Shown piece by piece: positions 39,054-53,329 of a stretch of 64,000 bases of DNA (within the stretch, counting starts at the first letter, position 1; each line of letters starts with the position of its first letter). Below the pieces are notes generated by a model, which had not been told where the DNA came from, did not search any database, and worked only from the letters and a program-made list of their open reading frames with translations. This DNA comes from Callorhinchus milii (lineage: Eukaryota). The stretch is from contig NW_024704742.1 in the NCBI RefSeq assembly GCF_018977255.1, positions 27,592,001-27,656,000 on the forward strand, written 5' to 3'. A program made the translations under genes and the position numbers.

Positions 39054-39547
39054 CAGTAAGCTGTGCATAAGTCGCATCAGTCGGGACCATAACATTTAAT
39101 ATGACTTATGTGATGAGTGAGTTACAGGCAAACTTGTATTTAGCGGATTTTATGTGACTAACGCATAACAGTAAACAAGTACATTCACACTGCACTTGTT
39201 TCAATGGAATACATTGTACTGTACTGCATAGGCAGTACTTCATCACTGCAGCTGGTAAGTGCGCATGAGGTGACAGATCACGACTTTGTTTCCCGCGCTT
39301 GTTTCAACCGGAACACTGCACATGAGTACTTCAATGCAGCTGGTAGCGGAGTTACGAGTCAGGAGATGATTTGCATAGGATTTAGGAATATTTGAGATCA
39401 AGAAACTGTTGTGATTTAGCCGTTTATCTGAATTATAAAATATGAAATCTAAATAGTTTTTGATGGGAAACTGAATGAGACTCGTGTGTCTGTTTGACTT
39501 GGGCGATTATACGATTTCTAAAGAGATGACTCGTGCGAGCTTTATTG
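39054..39547. mobile_element. Probable Tigger/pogo-type (Tc1/mariner) non-autonomous DNA transposon
   Basis: TA on both flanks. Left end CAGTAAGCTGTGCATAAGTC and right end reverse complement CAATAAAGCTCGCACGAGTC form imperfect TIRs. Interior is relatively CpG-rich. Confidence 0.55.
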
Positions 39548-40542
39548 TACATTGCATTTTTATTAATCACATGTTAATCTGCATCTTGAATCTGAGTTGG
39601 AAGGTTGTGGGTTTAAGCCACAAGGACACAGAGTTCACAGTCTCAATTGACACCAGTGTAGTGAGGGAGGTGTGCTACATTGTTGAAGTTGCCATCTTTC
39701 AGATGAGATATTAAATCAAGGTCTTTTCAGATGAATGGCACTATTCAAAAAGAGAAAGTCCAGTCTATCAAGCTAAATAGCATTTTGGATATGGAAATTG
39801 AATATCTTATTAACCTGCCTTCAGTTATCCTCCTACCCCTACCTCCTCCGCTCTCTACCCTTCTTGATAACCAGCTTGGGTGTGATTCCCTGACTGTCCA
39901 GCACCTAGGGGCATGAAAGGCGCTATCCAAATGTAACTTGTTGCGGAAAGGAGGTTTTGTACAATGCAAAGTGTTGCGTCACAAAACCCAGAGTCAGTTT
40001 CGAAGTTAAAGATCTTCTGAGTCTCTTAAAATCAGAATCTTGTTCTAATTCCGCACTTCTCTATTTGGAGTAAGTGTCTTGGTAGTGTTGTAAAAGGCTT
40101 ATTTAGCACCGTTTACTTAAGTGCAAATCTCTTTTCATCTCTTCCTTTTGATTGTGTGCTCAGCCCCAAAGCCCCGACCAATGCTGAAAAGGCTGCCCTG
40201 ACACACTGGGAGTCTGCACACACACAGGAATACAAACACATAAATCTTCTGTCACTTTTCAGCAAAATTGTAAGTAGAGTTGTTTTTCAATGATGCTAGA
40301 TGAACCAAACCTTTTTTCTTAACCTCAGGCAGTGGAATTCAGGGAATCAAATATTAATAAACAGAGAGAGCGAGAGGGAGAAAGATAATAATTACCACCG
40401 ATAACAGATTATTTTGTGTGATTACATGAAGACTGTATTAGATTGATCCATGGATCTGATTTTGGCATATTTCTACACTTATGTTGATTCCCAGTCTTCT
40501 GAGGTTTCTGAAATGATTAGTGTAACACATTTGACATTTATG

Positions 40543-40915
40543 TGTCAGCTGGCTCATGTTGGAACACTCTGAGTCAGACGTTTGTGGGTTCAAGCCAAAT
40601 GCCAGGACTTTAAACTCACGTTGTTTCGGCTGACACTCCGGTGCAATGCTGAGGGAGGCCATCCATTGGCACTGCACTGCATGAGAATTTAAACTGAGGT
40701 GCTGTGGACGTTAAAGATCCCATGGCACTGTTCGAAAAGAGAAGGGAATTTCTTCCGGTGTCCTGGTCAACAATTCTCCAAATACAATTGGTTATTCGCT
40801 TTGTGGTTATTTGTGGGATATTGCTTGGCAGCTGTGTTTGCTGTTCAAATACACAGTCACCACTGTTTTACTGTAAATCCTGTGAAGCACGTTGAGACAT
40901 CCTCCTGATGTAAAT
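40543..40915 (+). mobile_element. Old Deu-domain SINE, near full length
   Basis: gtcagctggctca...gagtcagacgtttgtgggttcaagcc head, gacgttaaagatcccatggcactgttcgaaaagag core, and tail. Confidence 0.8.
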
Positions 40916-41090
40916 GATCTACATTAAGCTATTTCAAATTTAAGATTATTTATAAAATATGATCTCCCATAGGCAAGCTGGTACTTTGTTCAGTCAAAAC
41001 ATGCAATAGTTACTTTGCTCTTTTTGTACCAGTCGCACTAGCCAGAGTATTGAGATTAACAGTGAGAATAAAGATAATAGCACGATATAC

Positions 41091-41207
41091 CTATTTGATA
41101 TAGCACATTGTCGCATCTTGAGACGTTTCAAAGCGCTTAACAGAATACACTGTAAAATGAATTGACTGTGTATTTTGTGGGCAAAACATGGCAGCCAGTT
41201 GCACACA
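41091..41207 (-). mobile_element. Young SINE 3' fragment
   Basis: atttgatatagc...gaattgactgtg...ggcagccagttgcacacag. Confidence 0.75.
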
Positions 41208-43194
41208 GACTTGACCTGACCCAAAGTTCCTTTGGAGCCAAGACCATTACCTTGTGACATCGGGTATGGCTGTACAGAGAAATGAAGAAAAAATATTGAT
41301 ACTTAAAAATGATTTGTTTTAACTGATCTGAATCAGGACAGCAGGGGAGATGCTACAATCTACCTCAGTGCCCTGGTTTAGAGTTTCTGCTCCTGATTCT
41401 TATCGAACGACCCACCCCACACTTGCCTGGAAAATGTTTGTATGAAGTTGGAGAAAGACGTGTGTGCAACCAAGTTAGCACTTTCAGGAAAGAAGGCGAA
41501 AAGTGAGTTAGAAGAAGCTATTTTTAAATGAAAGACAGCTGTTGTTTTGATACAAACTTTGAAGGATAAGAATAAGGTTATCCTTGGTGCGTCCTTTATT
41601 ATAAAGTAAAAGTTTTTTTTAATATAAAAATTTAGATAGATTTGAACAGTAAACCTGAGGTTATAATCCAATCTGGAGGCTGCACTGACACTCGCATAAA
41701 TTGTTCGCACTTCACTCTTGTGGTTTTATGACTTTATCAGAATTGTGTGATTTAATTACCACCTCATAACTCACTGCCAGCCATCTGTTAGTCAAGATAC
41801 CTATTTGGAGAACAAATAGGTTTACATTTGTGAATATTATTACAGTGCTCATCACCTCCAGCTAACCCATCGAATTTTCATTCAAAGTATTCATTTTGAG
41901 AAGAGTGACGTTGATAGACTGTGAAAGATGAAGAGAAAAAACAAGTTTGGAATAAATTGGTTAAAGCAAAGGGCATTCGCGTAAAAGATGTTTGCCATTG
42001 TTGTACAGGGCGATTGTGGAGAGTGCAGCCCTGCATTAAACACAACATATTGTCCTGAGTAACATATTCTTTCAAATGGGTTCCTATTTCACCCATTGTC
42101 AGTAGAAAATTAAATTTACTATATGGGACTCAATCTCAGACGTTAAATAAGAACAGTACAATGGAGGGAAAGTATGTTTAATAGAAAGGTCTAGCTCTTA
42201 TGAAAATGTTTTTTTTGTGGGCAAGCATAGCTCTATCTGACAGGAGATGTCCATTATATCTGCTTGTCTTACTCCCTCACTTTGGGAAATGACACTTCAG
42301 ATTTCAGTGATGAAATCGGTGTCTGAACCTGGTTCTCGTGTGCACTCATCTCGTCCTGAATGCTGCCAGCCTCTCAGCCAGAGTCCAGCCCAGCATGACA
42401 GTAATCTGAGACTGGTTGTTGATGGCAGCAGAACAGTTTACACAGAAGGCAGGCCTGAAATGTTCGGCCCTGAGAGGAGTTGAAAGGTTGAAAATATGCC
42501 TGATTTTTTTTATAACTTGCATTGTTTACATAGATGTTTGCGTTATACTCTCTGATATGCCTTGAGCCTCGGTACAACTGGTTGATATGTAACTGGCTAC
42601 TATATTCACCCACAAAGCCCATAGTCTCTTTACAGTACATTCTGTGAAGCACTTTGGGACGTCTTCCCAACATGAAAGTCATTAAACCAAATGAAAGTAT
42701 TATTGTTGTTATGAAACACATTGCTTATGGCTCCCACTTTAAGAGAAACTAACTTAAACATTCCTTATCACAGCTTTCATACAAAATGACATTCACTGTA
42801 ATAGACCTTTTATACTGCTTGTGTGTGGAATGAGCTAATATATCAGTAAGTAAGAAGGTATATGAAGGATAGATGCCTGAAGGGGTCTGGGGATAAGGCA
42901 GGGCAGTGGGATTGAATGAACACCTTGCAGTGAGAACCGATGCAGAATGGCTTTTTTCTGCGCTGTAAATTTCCATGATTTTATGAAGTAATATTTCTTT
43001 GACACAGAAGTGAAACCATACATGTGTGAAACTCACTGTAGGTGTTTTTTATTTACGTGAAAACAACCAAGGACTAACTGATGGAAATATTCAATATTCA
43101 GAAACCATTAGTTTAGTGATCAGAAATTATTGGTTTCAGAATATAAAGTATTAGAACAATCACAATCCATAAACATACATTTACCTGAAATTGG

Positions 43195-43650
43195 GCAATG
43201 TGGGCTCTATTGTTAGTAATCTCACCTCTGGGCCAGAAGGATGTGGGTTCATGAACTCAACTATTTTTTATGTTTATATTTAAAGTTATTTTTTACAGCT
43301 CAAACTAGGCTGACACTTTAGCGCAGTACTGGGAAGTGTTGTTGTGTTGGTGGTGCCATCCTTTAAATGGGACATTAAACTCATCAGATGGTCTTCAAAT
43401 AAACAACAATTTTGCATTTTTATAGCCCCATTCATTCTTGGAGCCGAAATAAAGATCCAATTACTCTGTTGAGATAAGGGAGGTCTTCCTTGTGTCCTAG
43501 TCAATAATCCTCCAGACAAAATATCTCATGTTTCTGATTGTGGTACATTGCTGTGTGCAAGTTGTCTATTACACTTTGCAGTAAAATCCTGTGAAACACT
43601 TTGAGACTTTTCAACAATGTTACAAGGCATTATATCAAATGCAGAGATTT
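43195..43650 (+). mobile_element. Old Deu-domain SINE, fragmented
   Basis: ccagaaggatgtgggttca, gggacattaaac, cattgctgtgtgcaa and tail segments occur in order. Confidence 0.6.
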
Positions 43651-43899
43651 TTAAAAAAATTATTAGAACAACTGCTGTGTTTGCCTCCAAAAATTGTAAA
43701 TTCATGAGACAATATTTAATATGAAGCCCTTTGAGTAGTTTTAACACAATAAGATGCTGGAAAAATGCATGTTCTTCTTCAGTTGGCTGGTACGTGAAGA
43801 TTTATTTCTTCTCATGGGAATAAAAGGGTTTGGTGTTGGGTAATGAGCATAGATCAAGACTGTTATCTCACTTAGTGAAATTAATTGTTGTTCAGATAA

Positions 43900-44780
43900 T
43901 ACAACAACAAAATTACATTTGTACAGCTTCTTTCACATCGGGAGGAAGTCCCAAGACGCTGGACACTCAGTGTTTCAGACTCGAGCTGGGGGTCGGGAGG
44001 AGGGCAGGTGGGGGAAGGAGGGTGACCGAAGGCACAGTCGAGGAGGAGGGTCTTGAGACGGGTCTTGAAGGAGGCAAGAGAGGGGGTGAGTTAGAGAGAT
44101 TGTGGGATGGAGATCCAGAGGGTGGAGGCAGAGTGGCAGAAGGCTGGCCGCCAATTGTGGATCGGGTGAAGCGGGGGACGTGAAGCAAGCCGGAGCCTGC
44201 TGAGCGGAGAGAGCGGGCAGATTGGGGGAGTTAGGAGGTCGCAGAGGTAGGGGGCAGCAAGGTCATGGAGGGCTTTGAAGGTGAGGACCAGGATCTTGAA
44301 CTGAATCCTCTGTGTGATGGGAAGTCAGTGGAGTCGGGCGAGGATGGGAGTGATAGGATGCAGTACAGGACACGGGCTGCAGAGTTCTGAATAATCTGCA
44401 GCCCATGAAGAGAGGAGTTGGGGAGGCTGACAAGCATGGAGTTTGAGTAGTCGAGCCTGGATGTTATGAATGCATGTATGAGGGTTTCGGGATCCCACTG
44501 CGTAAGACAGTGGTGATGTTGCGGAGGTGGTCGCGGCACGGATGTGGGGTAGAAAGGATGGTTGAGAGTCAAACAAGACCCCAAGGTTTCGGACTGGCTT
44601 AGCAAGGTGGAGTGTGCAAACATGGATGGTGATGCTGTCAGCGCCTGAGGGGTGGCGGCGCTGACAGGAGCTAATCAGGAGAGCCTCGGTCTTGTTGACA
44701 GTCAACTCTCATCCAGGACTTGATGTCTAACAGATGACAGCAGTGGTCATGGATTTGAGGGTGGAGGCAGAGAGGTAGAG
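43900..44780 (-). mobile_element. Longest L2 LINE fragment (ORF2 C-terminus plus 3' UTR), frameshifted
   Basis: ORF track shows NKTEALL, VRNLGVLFDS and ETLIHAFITSRLDYSNS...LQIIQNSAARVL, all typical L2 ORF2 motifs. Confidence 0.9.
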
Positions 44781-44884
44781 TTATTTTGAAATTCAGATCT
44801 GTGTGTTAGTTTATGTATCCGATGCTAACAATAATTAAGCACAATGCTTCTTTTTGTCTGTTTTGTCACTAAAATATGAAAATG

Positions 44885-45120
44885 ATTCAGTTGTTAGCAT
44901 TCTCACTTCTGTGTTAAAAGGTTGTGGGTTTAAGCTCCACAACAGGACTTTGAGCTCATAGTTTTCTCTGACAGCCCAGTGCAATACCTGAGGATCACTG
45001 CAATGTCGGAGGTGCTGTCCTTCGGAAATCATGTTCCAATCTGCCTGTTCAGGTGGATATTAAAAATCCCATGGCATTATTTGAAAAGATTTGGACATTT
45101 TCCTGACACCTGATCAACTA
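44885..45120 (+). mobile_element. Old Deu-domain SINE 5' half
   Basis: aaggttgtgggtttaagc, gtcggaggtgctgtcc, caggtggatattaaaaatcccatggca. Confidence 0.7.
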
Positions 45121-46892
45121 TTATTTAACATTGTCCTTAGAATTGGCCTTTCAGTTTACTTTTAACAAAGTCTCCAAACAAAAGCTTTTTAACCAGAGGC
45201 TTCTTTTGTAATGCATATATTTGAAAGTTAGAATCACAGCAAACACCTTAATATGCCATTTTATAATAATAATAATCATAATCCTTGCATTTGATATGAT
45301 GCCTGATTATGGCACTGATGCATCTCAGAGTGCTTCATAGTTTTTTTCATACTGAAAAGTGGAATTAATAATAACTGTACAAATCCGTTTACTCGTTTTG
45401 TTCTTTACTTCTTAAGGGCGAGTGTTGACTCAGCATCAAGGATTTTGACAGAAGAAACCTAAAATTGCTGTTGTATGAAACTTGAGTAATTAATATCAGG
45501 CAACTTGTTTATTTAGAACCTACATTTTGTCCTCTAAGGCAATTTGTTAGAAATCCTAGAGTGATGTTGTTCCTGATCAAAATGAGGATGAGCCAAGGAA
45601 TTTTATACAGTGGAGTAGAAAGAAATCACTGGAAAGGAATAGAAGTGAACTTTTCCCTGCATATTTAAAGGATAGGTAAAATGGGATCACGACACTTTAA
45701 TTATTGATGTGGAGCCAGAGAGAGAGGTCTGTTTTAATTTACATTCAGAAAGAATCACTAACTGCATACACAGTGCATTCAACCTGAATAGAAACTTAAT
45801 TAAGTCCTAATCTGAAAACTCTGAATTAACAAGGTTGTTGCTTTATGTGGTTTGGGATTTTGAGAAGCTCTCTGGAAAGCCACCTAACATGAAAGTAAAT
45901 ATCATAGTTCCCAGGCAAAATTAGAATTACAAGGTCATTTTTATTAAGACAGTTTTTCAACAAAAAATATTCTCAATGTTCTTTGGTGAAGCAAATGACC
46001 ATCAGTATTGATACAAAATTACTTTGGTTCAAATATTGTTCCAAAAGTTCCGTGATTTAATCAAAATGCTTTGTTTCATGAATATTAAGGGATACATTAT
46101 GATTTTTTTAAAAAAAGGCACGGGTAAGCCGATTCGTGACTTTTGAACAGAATACACAGCAGAAATTTATTCCGTGAATACATTTTTGAATTATTTATAA
46201 TTTAGTTTGTGCGTAAGGTCAAGAAATAATTTTATCATTGCCTACTTGTATACAGTTGAAATCCATCTTGGTCTCACAAATATAAAGCCTCTGGCTAAAT
46301 TATTCCTCCTTTGCCTCTGAGGTATGACAATACAGCTGGAAGAGCTTGAGAGCATTAAATATCTGCTTAAATTCATTGCTCATTGATTGACAATGCGACT
46401 TCAAAGCAGCAGATTTGCATCAATCAGTTTGTGGTACAATTTGATAATAGGGGGTGGATCACAAAGACTTATTCATAATCCATCCAAGTTTGTCTTCTGG
46501 TAAATTGTGTGGGTTGCGGAGAATCCAACAAATTCCCCAGATAAAAAGGTTTCATTTAATGTAAAGCAACATGAAGGCCACAATAAATCAGCAAATCCAT
46601 GCTGAGCTCATCTAACTTATGAAAGCCTGGGGTTGGTGCTGCAACTATACATAATTCCCTCTTGATGTACACTTCTTCTTGGCAGTCTTCAATCCTTGAG
46701 ACTGCAATTGGAATAGAGGACCAAGTGACCTTTGCCATGCAGTTTTGTAAAAGAGCAAATGAGAAGCCCCCACGCATTGGCTTTTAAATTGGGTTTACAA
46801 AGCTTTCCAATAAAGTAAAGTTGATTCTAACACCAGGGTAGGATATAGGTTGTCTAGTTGAATCGTCTGGAATCATTAAAACATATCTGAGA

Positions 46893-47195
46893 AACGGTAG
46901 GGAACTTCCCAAGGCGCTGGACAGACAGAGTTTCAGACCCAAGCTGGGAGTCGGGATCAAGGAGGGTGGAGGGCAGGGGAGGAAGCAGGATGATCGAAAG
47001 CATGGTTGAAGAGGAGGGTCTTGAGATGGGTCTTGAAGGAGGCACAGGGTGTGGGGGTGGTCGAGGTGGAGAGACTGCGGGATGGAGTTCCAGATGGTGG
47101 GGCAGAGTGGCAGAAAACCCGCCAATTGTGGGGCGAGCGAGGCGGAGGACGTGAAGCAGACCGGAGCCCACTGAGTGGAGGGAGCGAGCAGGATG
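46893..47195 (-). mobile_element. L2 LINE 3' fragment
   Basis: Highly similar to 43945-44220; PTIWNSIP motif. Confidence 0.85.
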
Positions 47196-47517
47196 TCTTC
47201 AGTGAAGACGAGGGATGTCAATGCAAGGGAATAGATCCAATATCCACATCACGTACAGCGGAGGACAGAATCAAAGTGAAGCCATCTCTGCTCTGCTCCA
47301 ATAATGTACTTCAACCCTGACTTCAGGAGAACATCTCATTGTTGCACAGTGTGACATTACCTTTTCCCAATCCAGTCATCATTGTGGTAACTGTGGTTGA
47401 GAGTGGCAGTTTAATGCCATATTGCTAAATTATGGGCATTCAATCTTGTGCAGACCTGCAATCACTGGGAAATAAGTTGAGACACTAGCCTGTCTCGGTT
47501 TATTTGTGACACCTACT

Positions 47518-47895
47518 ACAACAACAAAATTACATTTATAGAGCGCCTTTCACATCGGGAGGACGTCCCAAGCCGCTGGACAGTCAGGGGTCAGGACCCG
47601 AGCATGGGGGAGGGGTGGAGTAGGAGTGAGGGAAGGCGACTGAAGGCATGATCGAAGAGAAGGATCTTGAGCCCGGCCTTGAAGAAGGCAAAGAAGGAAG
47701 CGAGGCGAAGGGTCTGTGGGATGGAGTTCCAGAGTGTGGGGGCAGAGAGGCTGAAAGCAGGTACGGCAGGTCGGGCGGGAGACATGGAGCAGGCTGGAGC
47801 CCACTGAATGGAGGGAGTGGGCAGGTTGGTAGGGAGTCAGCAGGTCAGAGAGATAGGAGGGGCAAGGCCATGGATGACCTTGAAAGTGACAAGGA
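47518..47895 (-). mobile_element. L2 LINE 3' end
   Basis: AFSLSAPTLWNSIP motif, same family as 6108-6503 and 23062-23442. Confidence 0.88.
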
Positions 47896-49624
47896 AAACA
47901 CCTACTGACAAGGAAAGATGAAGCTTTCACCACTTCAGCCTGGGCTAGATTGAAACTCTTGTCCAGGTGCTGACAGCATAGCATTCGCATGGAGCATCGA
48001 CAGCTAAAGCAAATCTCAAAGCCAGTGTGCCTCTCCTGCTGTAATACATCACCGTCTGGAGCTAAAGGCAGCTGATCTGATGGAGCAATTTTCCAGTTCC
48101 TTTCATTGTGAAGAGACACAATGTTGTCACAATAGAGATCAATTTCAGGTGTATCAGTATAACAGTATGTTCCATGGCGCTTTCCCAGTTTGTTCCTCAT
48201 TTTATAGAGGTGTGAGCTCTGTAACAGATGGATCCTATTCAGTCTGCTTCTCTCACTGATCTGTCAGCATCCTTGCGTTATGTATAGGCTAAACTTCGTC
48301 ACTGACTTTGTGGATGTTCTGGGGACATGGCTGTGCAGAAATTCCTGATGTGTTTGCTTCTAAGTACACAATCACTGCACCTTACCGTATATTCCATGAA
48401 GCTGCTTTGAGATATCATCCCAATCTGAAAGGCGCTGTACCAAATGCAAGGATTATTATTGTTATTATTATGTGATACAAGTAATGTGTTAAGTAACATC
48501 ACAAATTACGTCCCACAGACTGAAGGCCTGGTCCCAAGGTGTGTCTGGAGGGTGGATTGGAAGTGGGGCAGGGGACCACGTTGAGTTATCTTTCATAGAT
48601 TCCTTTGCCTGACAGCTGTCTGATTCCTTCTTCAGTTTGCTGAACTAATCTACCACCACTGCCTCCAGATATTTTCCTTTCTCTGTGTAAAGTGAGTCTG
48701 TGTTACAGTAAGGGTTTATTAGGTTGCTTGCTGAACTCTTAGCTGTATAGAATTAGGAACTATGGGAGAGAGTGAAACTTCAAGCATTAAATCTAGAGCT
48801 GGGTATTATTTCTGATTTTTAAAGTATTAATGTTTTTTCCTTCCTTTTTTTAAGCAGAGTACAGAGTTCTACCCTTTCCAGTAAATCCCGTGAAACCCCT
48901 TGAGCTCGTTTCAACAACCTGGTAAGGCGCAAGCATTATTATTATCATGAATGATAATAAGGCCTGTCATCCTTTAACACCTCCGGTTTCCATCGGGGGA
49001 CAGAGAGATGTTTGAGAGCGAGCTGCAACGTGTGCCAGCGCTGCTCCAGTCTGACCGGCCACACAGCACACTCGCACGTTGTGAGGTGAAGCGTCCTGTA
49101 TGATTCCCACCTCCCCCACCCTCTAACCATTGTCAAAGCTAACGAGACAGGCCAGAGCTGATGGACGTTGTCCTTCCTGTCATGGGTTGGCAGGTTTTAA
49201 CTGTCGTTTGGCGCCGAGGCTGAATCCTGCTGCTTGAAAAGTGAAGCAGCTTTCTGGTTCAGAATGACAGAGAAGCCAGTGTTCACAGACATTAGGGTTC
49301 AGGAGATGAGTGGCCAGAGCAGTAGAGTTGAATCAGGAAAATGAGGGGAGAAGGTGTTGAGTAAGGGAAGTGAGTATGGACGGGAAGGGAGTGAGATGAG
49401 GGGAGAGAGAGAGACGAGCAGAAGGTGAGTTGAGGAGGGAAGTGTTAATCGAGGTTCTCATATAATTAACACCGGTAACAAGTTGCCATTGAGCACAGTA
49501 TGTACCATAACCTTGCCAACCCAATGTTTAGCATCCCGTTATACACACAGCTTCCAATATAATAACAATCCTTGTATTTGAAATGCTTGAACGATAATAT
49601 GCACACGTGCGGAACACTGGTGCA

Positions 49625-49930
49625 CACACATTGATTGTTGGAGGCGCCGTTCTTCAGATGAGATGTTAAACCAAGCTCCTGTCAGCTCGTTCAGTTTGAC
49701 GTTAAAGAAAACTGTGACACTGCTCAAAAGAGATGGGACTTTCTCCCAATGTTCCAAACTAAAATTGGTTGTTCGCTTCATGGCTGCTTGTGGGACATTG
49801 CTGTGCACAAATTGGCAATCATGTTATATATATTCACTACATTTAACAGTAAGTAGTGAACAGCCTTTTGTGAAGAGTTTTAATGGGCTAGATGCTATGC
49901 CAAATGCAATGATTATATATTATTATACAT
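49625..49930 (+). mobile_element. Old Deu-domain SINE core and tail
   Basis: cagatgagatgttaaacc and gtgggacattgctgtgcacaaattggc. Confidence 0.7.
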
Positions 49931-51197
49931 CATTATTATTATTTATTATTACAGCCACGTGGTTGTCCAATAGTTACCAGTATAAACAGGGAAACCCAAC
50001 TCATCTCACATTGGTCACATTTAATCAAATAAAATCAAGCTGATAAGCAAACAACCTGTAACACTGAAAGCCAGTTTACCTGGGAAGTGTGCATTTTGTT
50101 GGAAAACTGCAGAAGTGGGTTTTGTTGAAAGCCTGCAGAAGTTACTGCTAGATGTGAATAGTTTCAGCACTTTGTTTTGATAAAGCTGAACCAACAAGCA
50201 TGTGAAGATCAAAGGAGAACATTGTCTTTGTAATCTTGTAAAATGCTAACTGGTTGCGGAACTAACTCTGGAGTCTGTTTCATCCTTATGGCATTGTAGA
50301 GTCTGGATTAATTTGTGAAGCTCTGTGTTCTTGGCCGTTTCTGCATGTCACCAAATGGCCTGTCATCTGGTAAGTAACAAAACTTTAATAGGGCTTGATG
50401 TCTTCAGTTTAAAGTGATGGATGAAGGATTGAGGGGTTTACTTCAACTTCAATATAAAACTAAAGTGCCCAATTGAATGTTGATAGCGCCAAAAGCTTTC
50501 AGTAGACTCTTCTGATTTTTCTGGCACTCAGAGGAAAACTTTTTAGACAGATCACAGGCTCAGACGTTGCCTTGGGGCATGTTAACATGTTTACTAGTGG
50601 TCGTAAACCTGAAAATTCTGCTACGGTCTAACTTATTATCTATTTTCTCCATGTGACAATAATAAACAATGGGGTGAAAATGTGATATTTCATGACGGAT
50701 TCAATATGATAATTGCCACATCAAATGTATCCAGAACATTGCATTTTCCCATCTATTCCAAAAGACTGGTTGAGCATGGGAATGTCCTCTCCCCGTCCAC
50801 TCACTTCTTCCTGTACATACACACATACGTATATACACACACCGACTTTAAAACAATGAAAATGTTTGAGTTCAAAACTGGATCCAGGATCTTAAAGGTT
50901 AGCATTTCCTATTTTTCCCAACTCATTTGAATGCTGGTGCACAGTATTACAATTGATTGTTTAGGGTTTTTTTCTGTATCCTTGGGTAGTCTTAGATGGA
51001 ATAAATAGAAAAATATATTGTTGCATGACAGCTTCAAAGTGGCAATTATCTGTGTCTAAAGTGTAAGATTTGCAAAAGGACTCACAATTAGCAAATCCCA
51101 GAAGGATCACAGCCAAACACAATCTTGATTTCAGAGAAGTCCAAGCAAATGAGAGCATTCTCGACTGGAGTTCTAGAGATTTGGCTGTGATACTTCA

Positions 51198-51350
51198 CTA
51201 CAACAACAAATTACATTTCATATAGCGCGTTTCATGTGAGGAGGACGTCCCAAGGCTCTGCACAGTCAGGGATCTGCACCCGAGCTGGTGGTTGGGATCG
51301 GGAGGGGTGCAGGGCAGGAAGGGTAGAAGTAGAAGGGTGACCAAAGGCCT
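51198..51350 (-). mobile_element. L2 3' UTR fragment
   Basis: (caa)n...atagcgcgtttca..gaggacgtcccaagg. Confidence 0.7.
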
Positions 51351-52202
51351 TATGTTTCCAAATCCTTTTCAGATTCCCTCAATTTAGAGCCCAACGTCTC
51401 TCAATACACAGACTTTGTTTGTTTCTTCTTGATTAACCCTCACTTGTCTGCGGTGCAACCTTTTTTGGCTTATTAGAATGAACAAGTAGATGTTAAAAGC
51501 TCCGGCACAAGATTTGGTTTTCTTTTAGGTTGGCTTGGCTCCCATTCTGCTTGTCTAAAGATGACCTACATTGGTTGGGTATTAACCTTGCTATTGAATA
51601 AGGGATGCTAGAGAGACCAAACCAGCTCTGCTTTGTTTGATGCAAGGATACTTTCATTTATAATAGACCATTTCTTCAATTGCTGTGAGGTAAGATTACT
51701 GTGCTAAAACTGGCGGTCATGCTGATTTAAGCTGTACTGCATCCACTTCAAGTTCTTTTGGGTTCAAATAATTTCCTGAGTTCTCCCTAGAGTAAGTTTG
51801 GCAGAATAAAACATTGAATCTGGATCCATCTGGATTAGGGCACTGCGGAGTTATTTGTGGAAAAAAATATCCAATTTGCTCAACTAAGTTTTTCTTGTCC
51901 CTTAAAGAATGATTGTCTGAGCTCGAAGCATCATAACAGTCTTCACTTACTTTGTGCAAATTGTCCTCTTGACAATACTGCATAGTTTACTGTCAGGAAA
52001 GAGGGGAGCAATGGACAGGGAACCTCTCTGTCATTTGTATGATTGATCAGTGTCACATATCCAATTCAAAGATATTTAACATCCCAGTTTCCATTGTGGT
52101 CTGCAGACCGTTCATCAAAGATATTTATCCTCATTAATTGTTGGGGAAATATCTCACCTCAGTCCTCTTTTCTTGACGGATCTCAAGGTCATTTAATTAG
52201 AA

Positions 52203-52580
52203 AAACAACAACTTGCACTTATATAGCGCCCTCCATACAGGGCAGCGTCTCAGAGCGCTTAACAATGGCTGAGCCTGACTCCGAGCTGGGGGGTGGGGGT
52301 GGGGTGGGAGATGACCATAAGTTCGGTCGAAAATGAAGGTTTTAAAGCAGAACTTGAAAAAGGGGAGGGAGGGGGCAAGGTGGAGGGATTGGGGCGCAGT
52401 TGCTTGAAGCTCAACCTCCAATGGTGGAGCGGCGGATGCTAGGGACGAGCAGGAGACCAGTGCCAGTTGAACGGAGGTGCCGGGTAGTGAACTGGGGAGT
52501 GAGGAGGTCGAAGAGATAGGGAGGTGCCAAAGAGTGAAGGGATTTTAACACGTGTGAGGATCTTGAAGTCGAGAGAAGTC
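52203..52580 (-). mobile_element. L2 LINE 3' end, second subfamily
   Basis: acaacaacttgcacttatatagcgcc tail and a DFKIL remnant at the right end. Confidence 0.75.
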
Positions 52581-53029
52581 AGAGAAACATACTGCTTTCC
52601 TGGTTGATAATTTAGCACAGATTGGGCTTTAAACTGCGTTTTTCCTTTCTGGTACAACGTACGTTTGCTCACTGGGACATCAGGGGGCTTCTCATTTATC
52701 AGCCTTAATTTTCAATTGCTACTTTGCTGCCAATTAAATGGTTTAAAACATTCTGCAAATCTTTTTCCTGTGTTCTCTGGCTACATTGCTCTTTCTTCAT
52801 TGTTACCAAGTGACTATTTTACAATTGACGTCAGTATCCAGGATGTTTATGTAGTTTTGAAGCAATAGACAGCGATAACAACGTGCATTTACATAGCGCC
52901 CTTCAAGTGGGGCAGCATCTCAGTGGGCTTAAATTCTCACCCTCGCACGTGATGTCTTAAAGCTTTTCTCCTTCCCCCGAGTGTGGCATTACACATCTTA
53001 ACAGGCGTCAGCTTTTTTACTACAAGTTT

Positions 53030-53310
53030 GTAACTGGAACATCAGTCAGAAATGATCATGTGGCTTTTTATCCAGTTTCTCAATCTAGTCCCATATTCTA
53101 CCCAGGATTTGTGCAGCTTTTAGTTTAATTAGAACTCGTTCATGTAGAACATTGTCAGAAAGCTTTCTGAAAGTCTAAATGCATTATTATATCACAGGGA
53201 GTGCCACCAACTAATTTATCTGTAAAATTCTCAAAAGAAGTCAAGGAGTTTTGTCAAGCATGATCTTCCCCTTCAAAATCCATTTTGCTCTTTCCCATTA
53301 AGTTATTGTT
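53030..53310 (-). mobile_element. CR1-like RT fragment
   Basis: Minus strand gives LDFQKAF, the RT LDFxKAFD motif. Confidence 0.7.
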
Positions 53311-53329
53311 CTAACCTACTTAACTGCCC

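Noticed and set aside
47550..48200. 216-aa minus-strand ORF, the longest in the track
   Set aside because: Half is shifted-frame L2 3' sequence and the rest resembles no protein I recognise.
51529..51560. Acceptor followed by GTT GGC (VG), like the expected next DIAPH exon
   Set aside because: Reads VGLAPILLV-stop, with no CxQxINAL motif.
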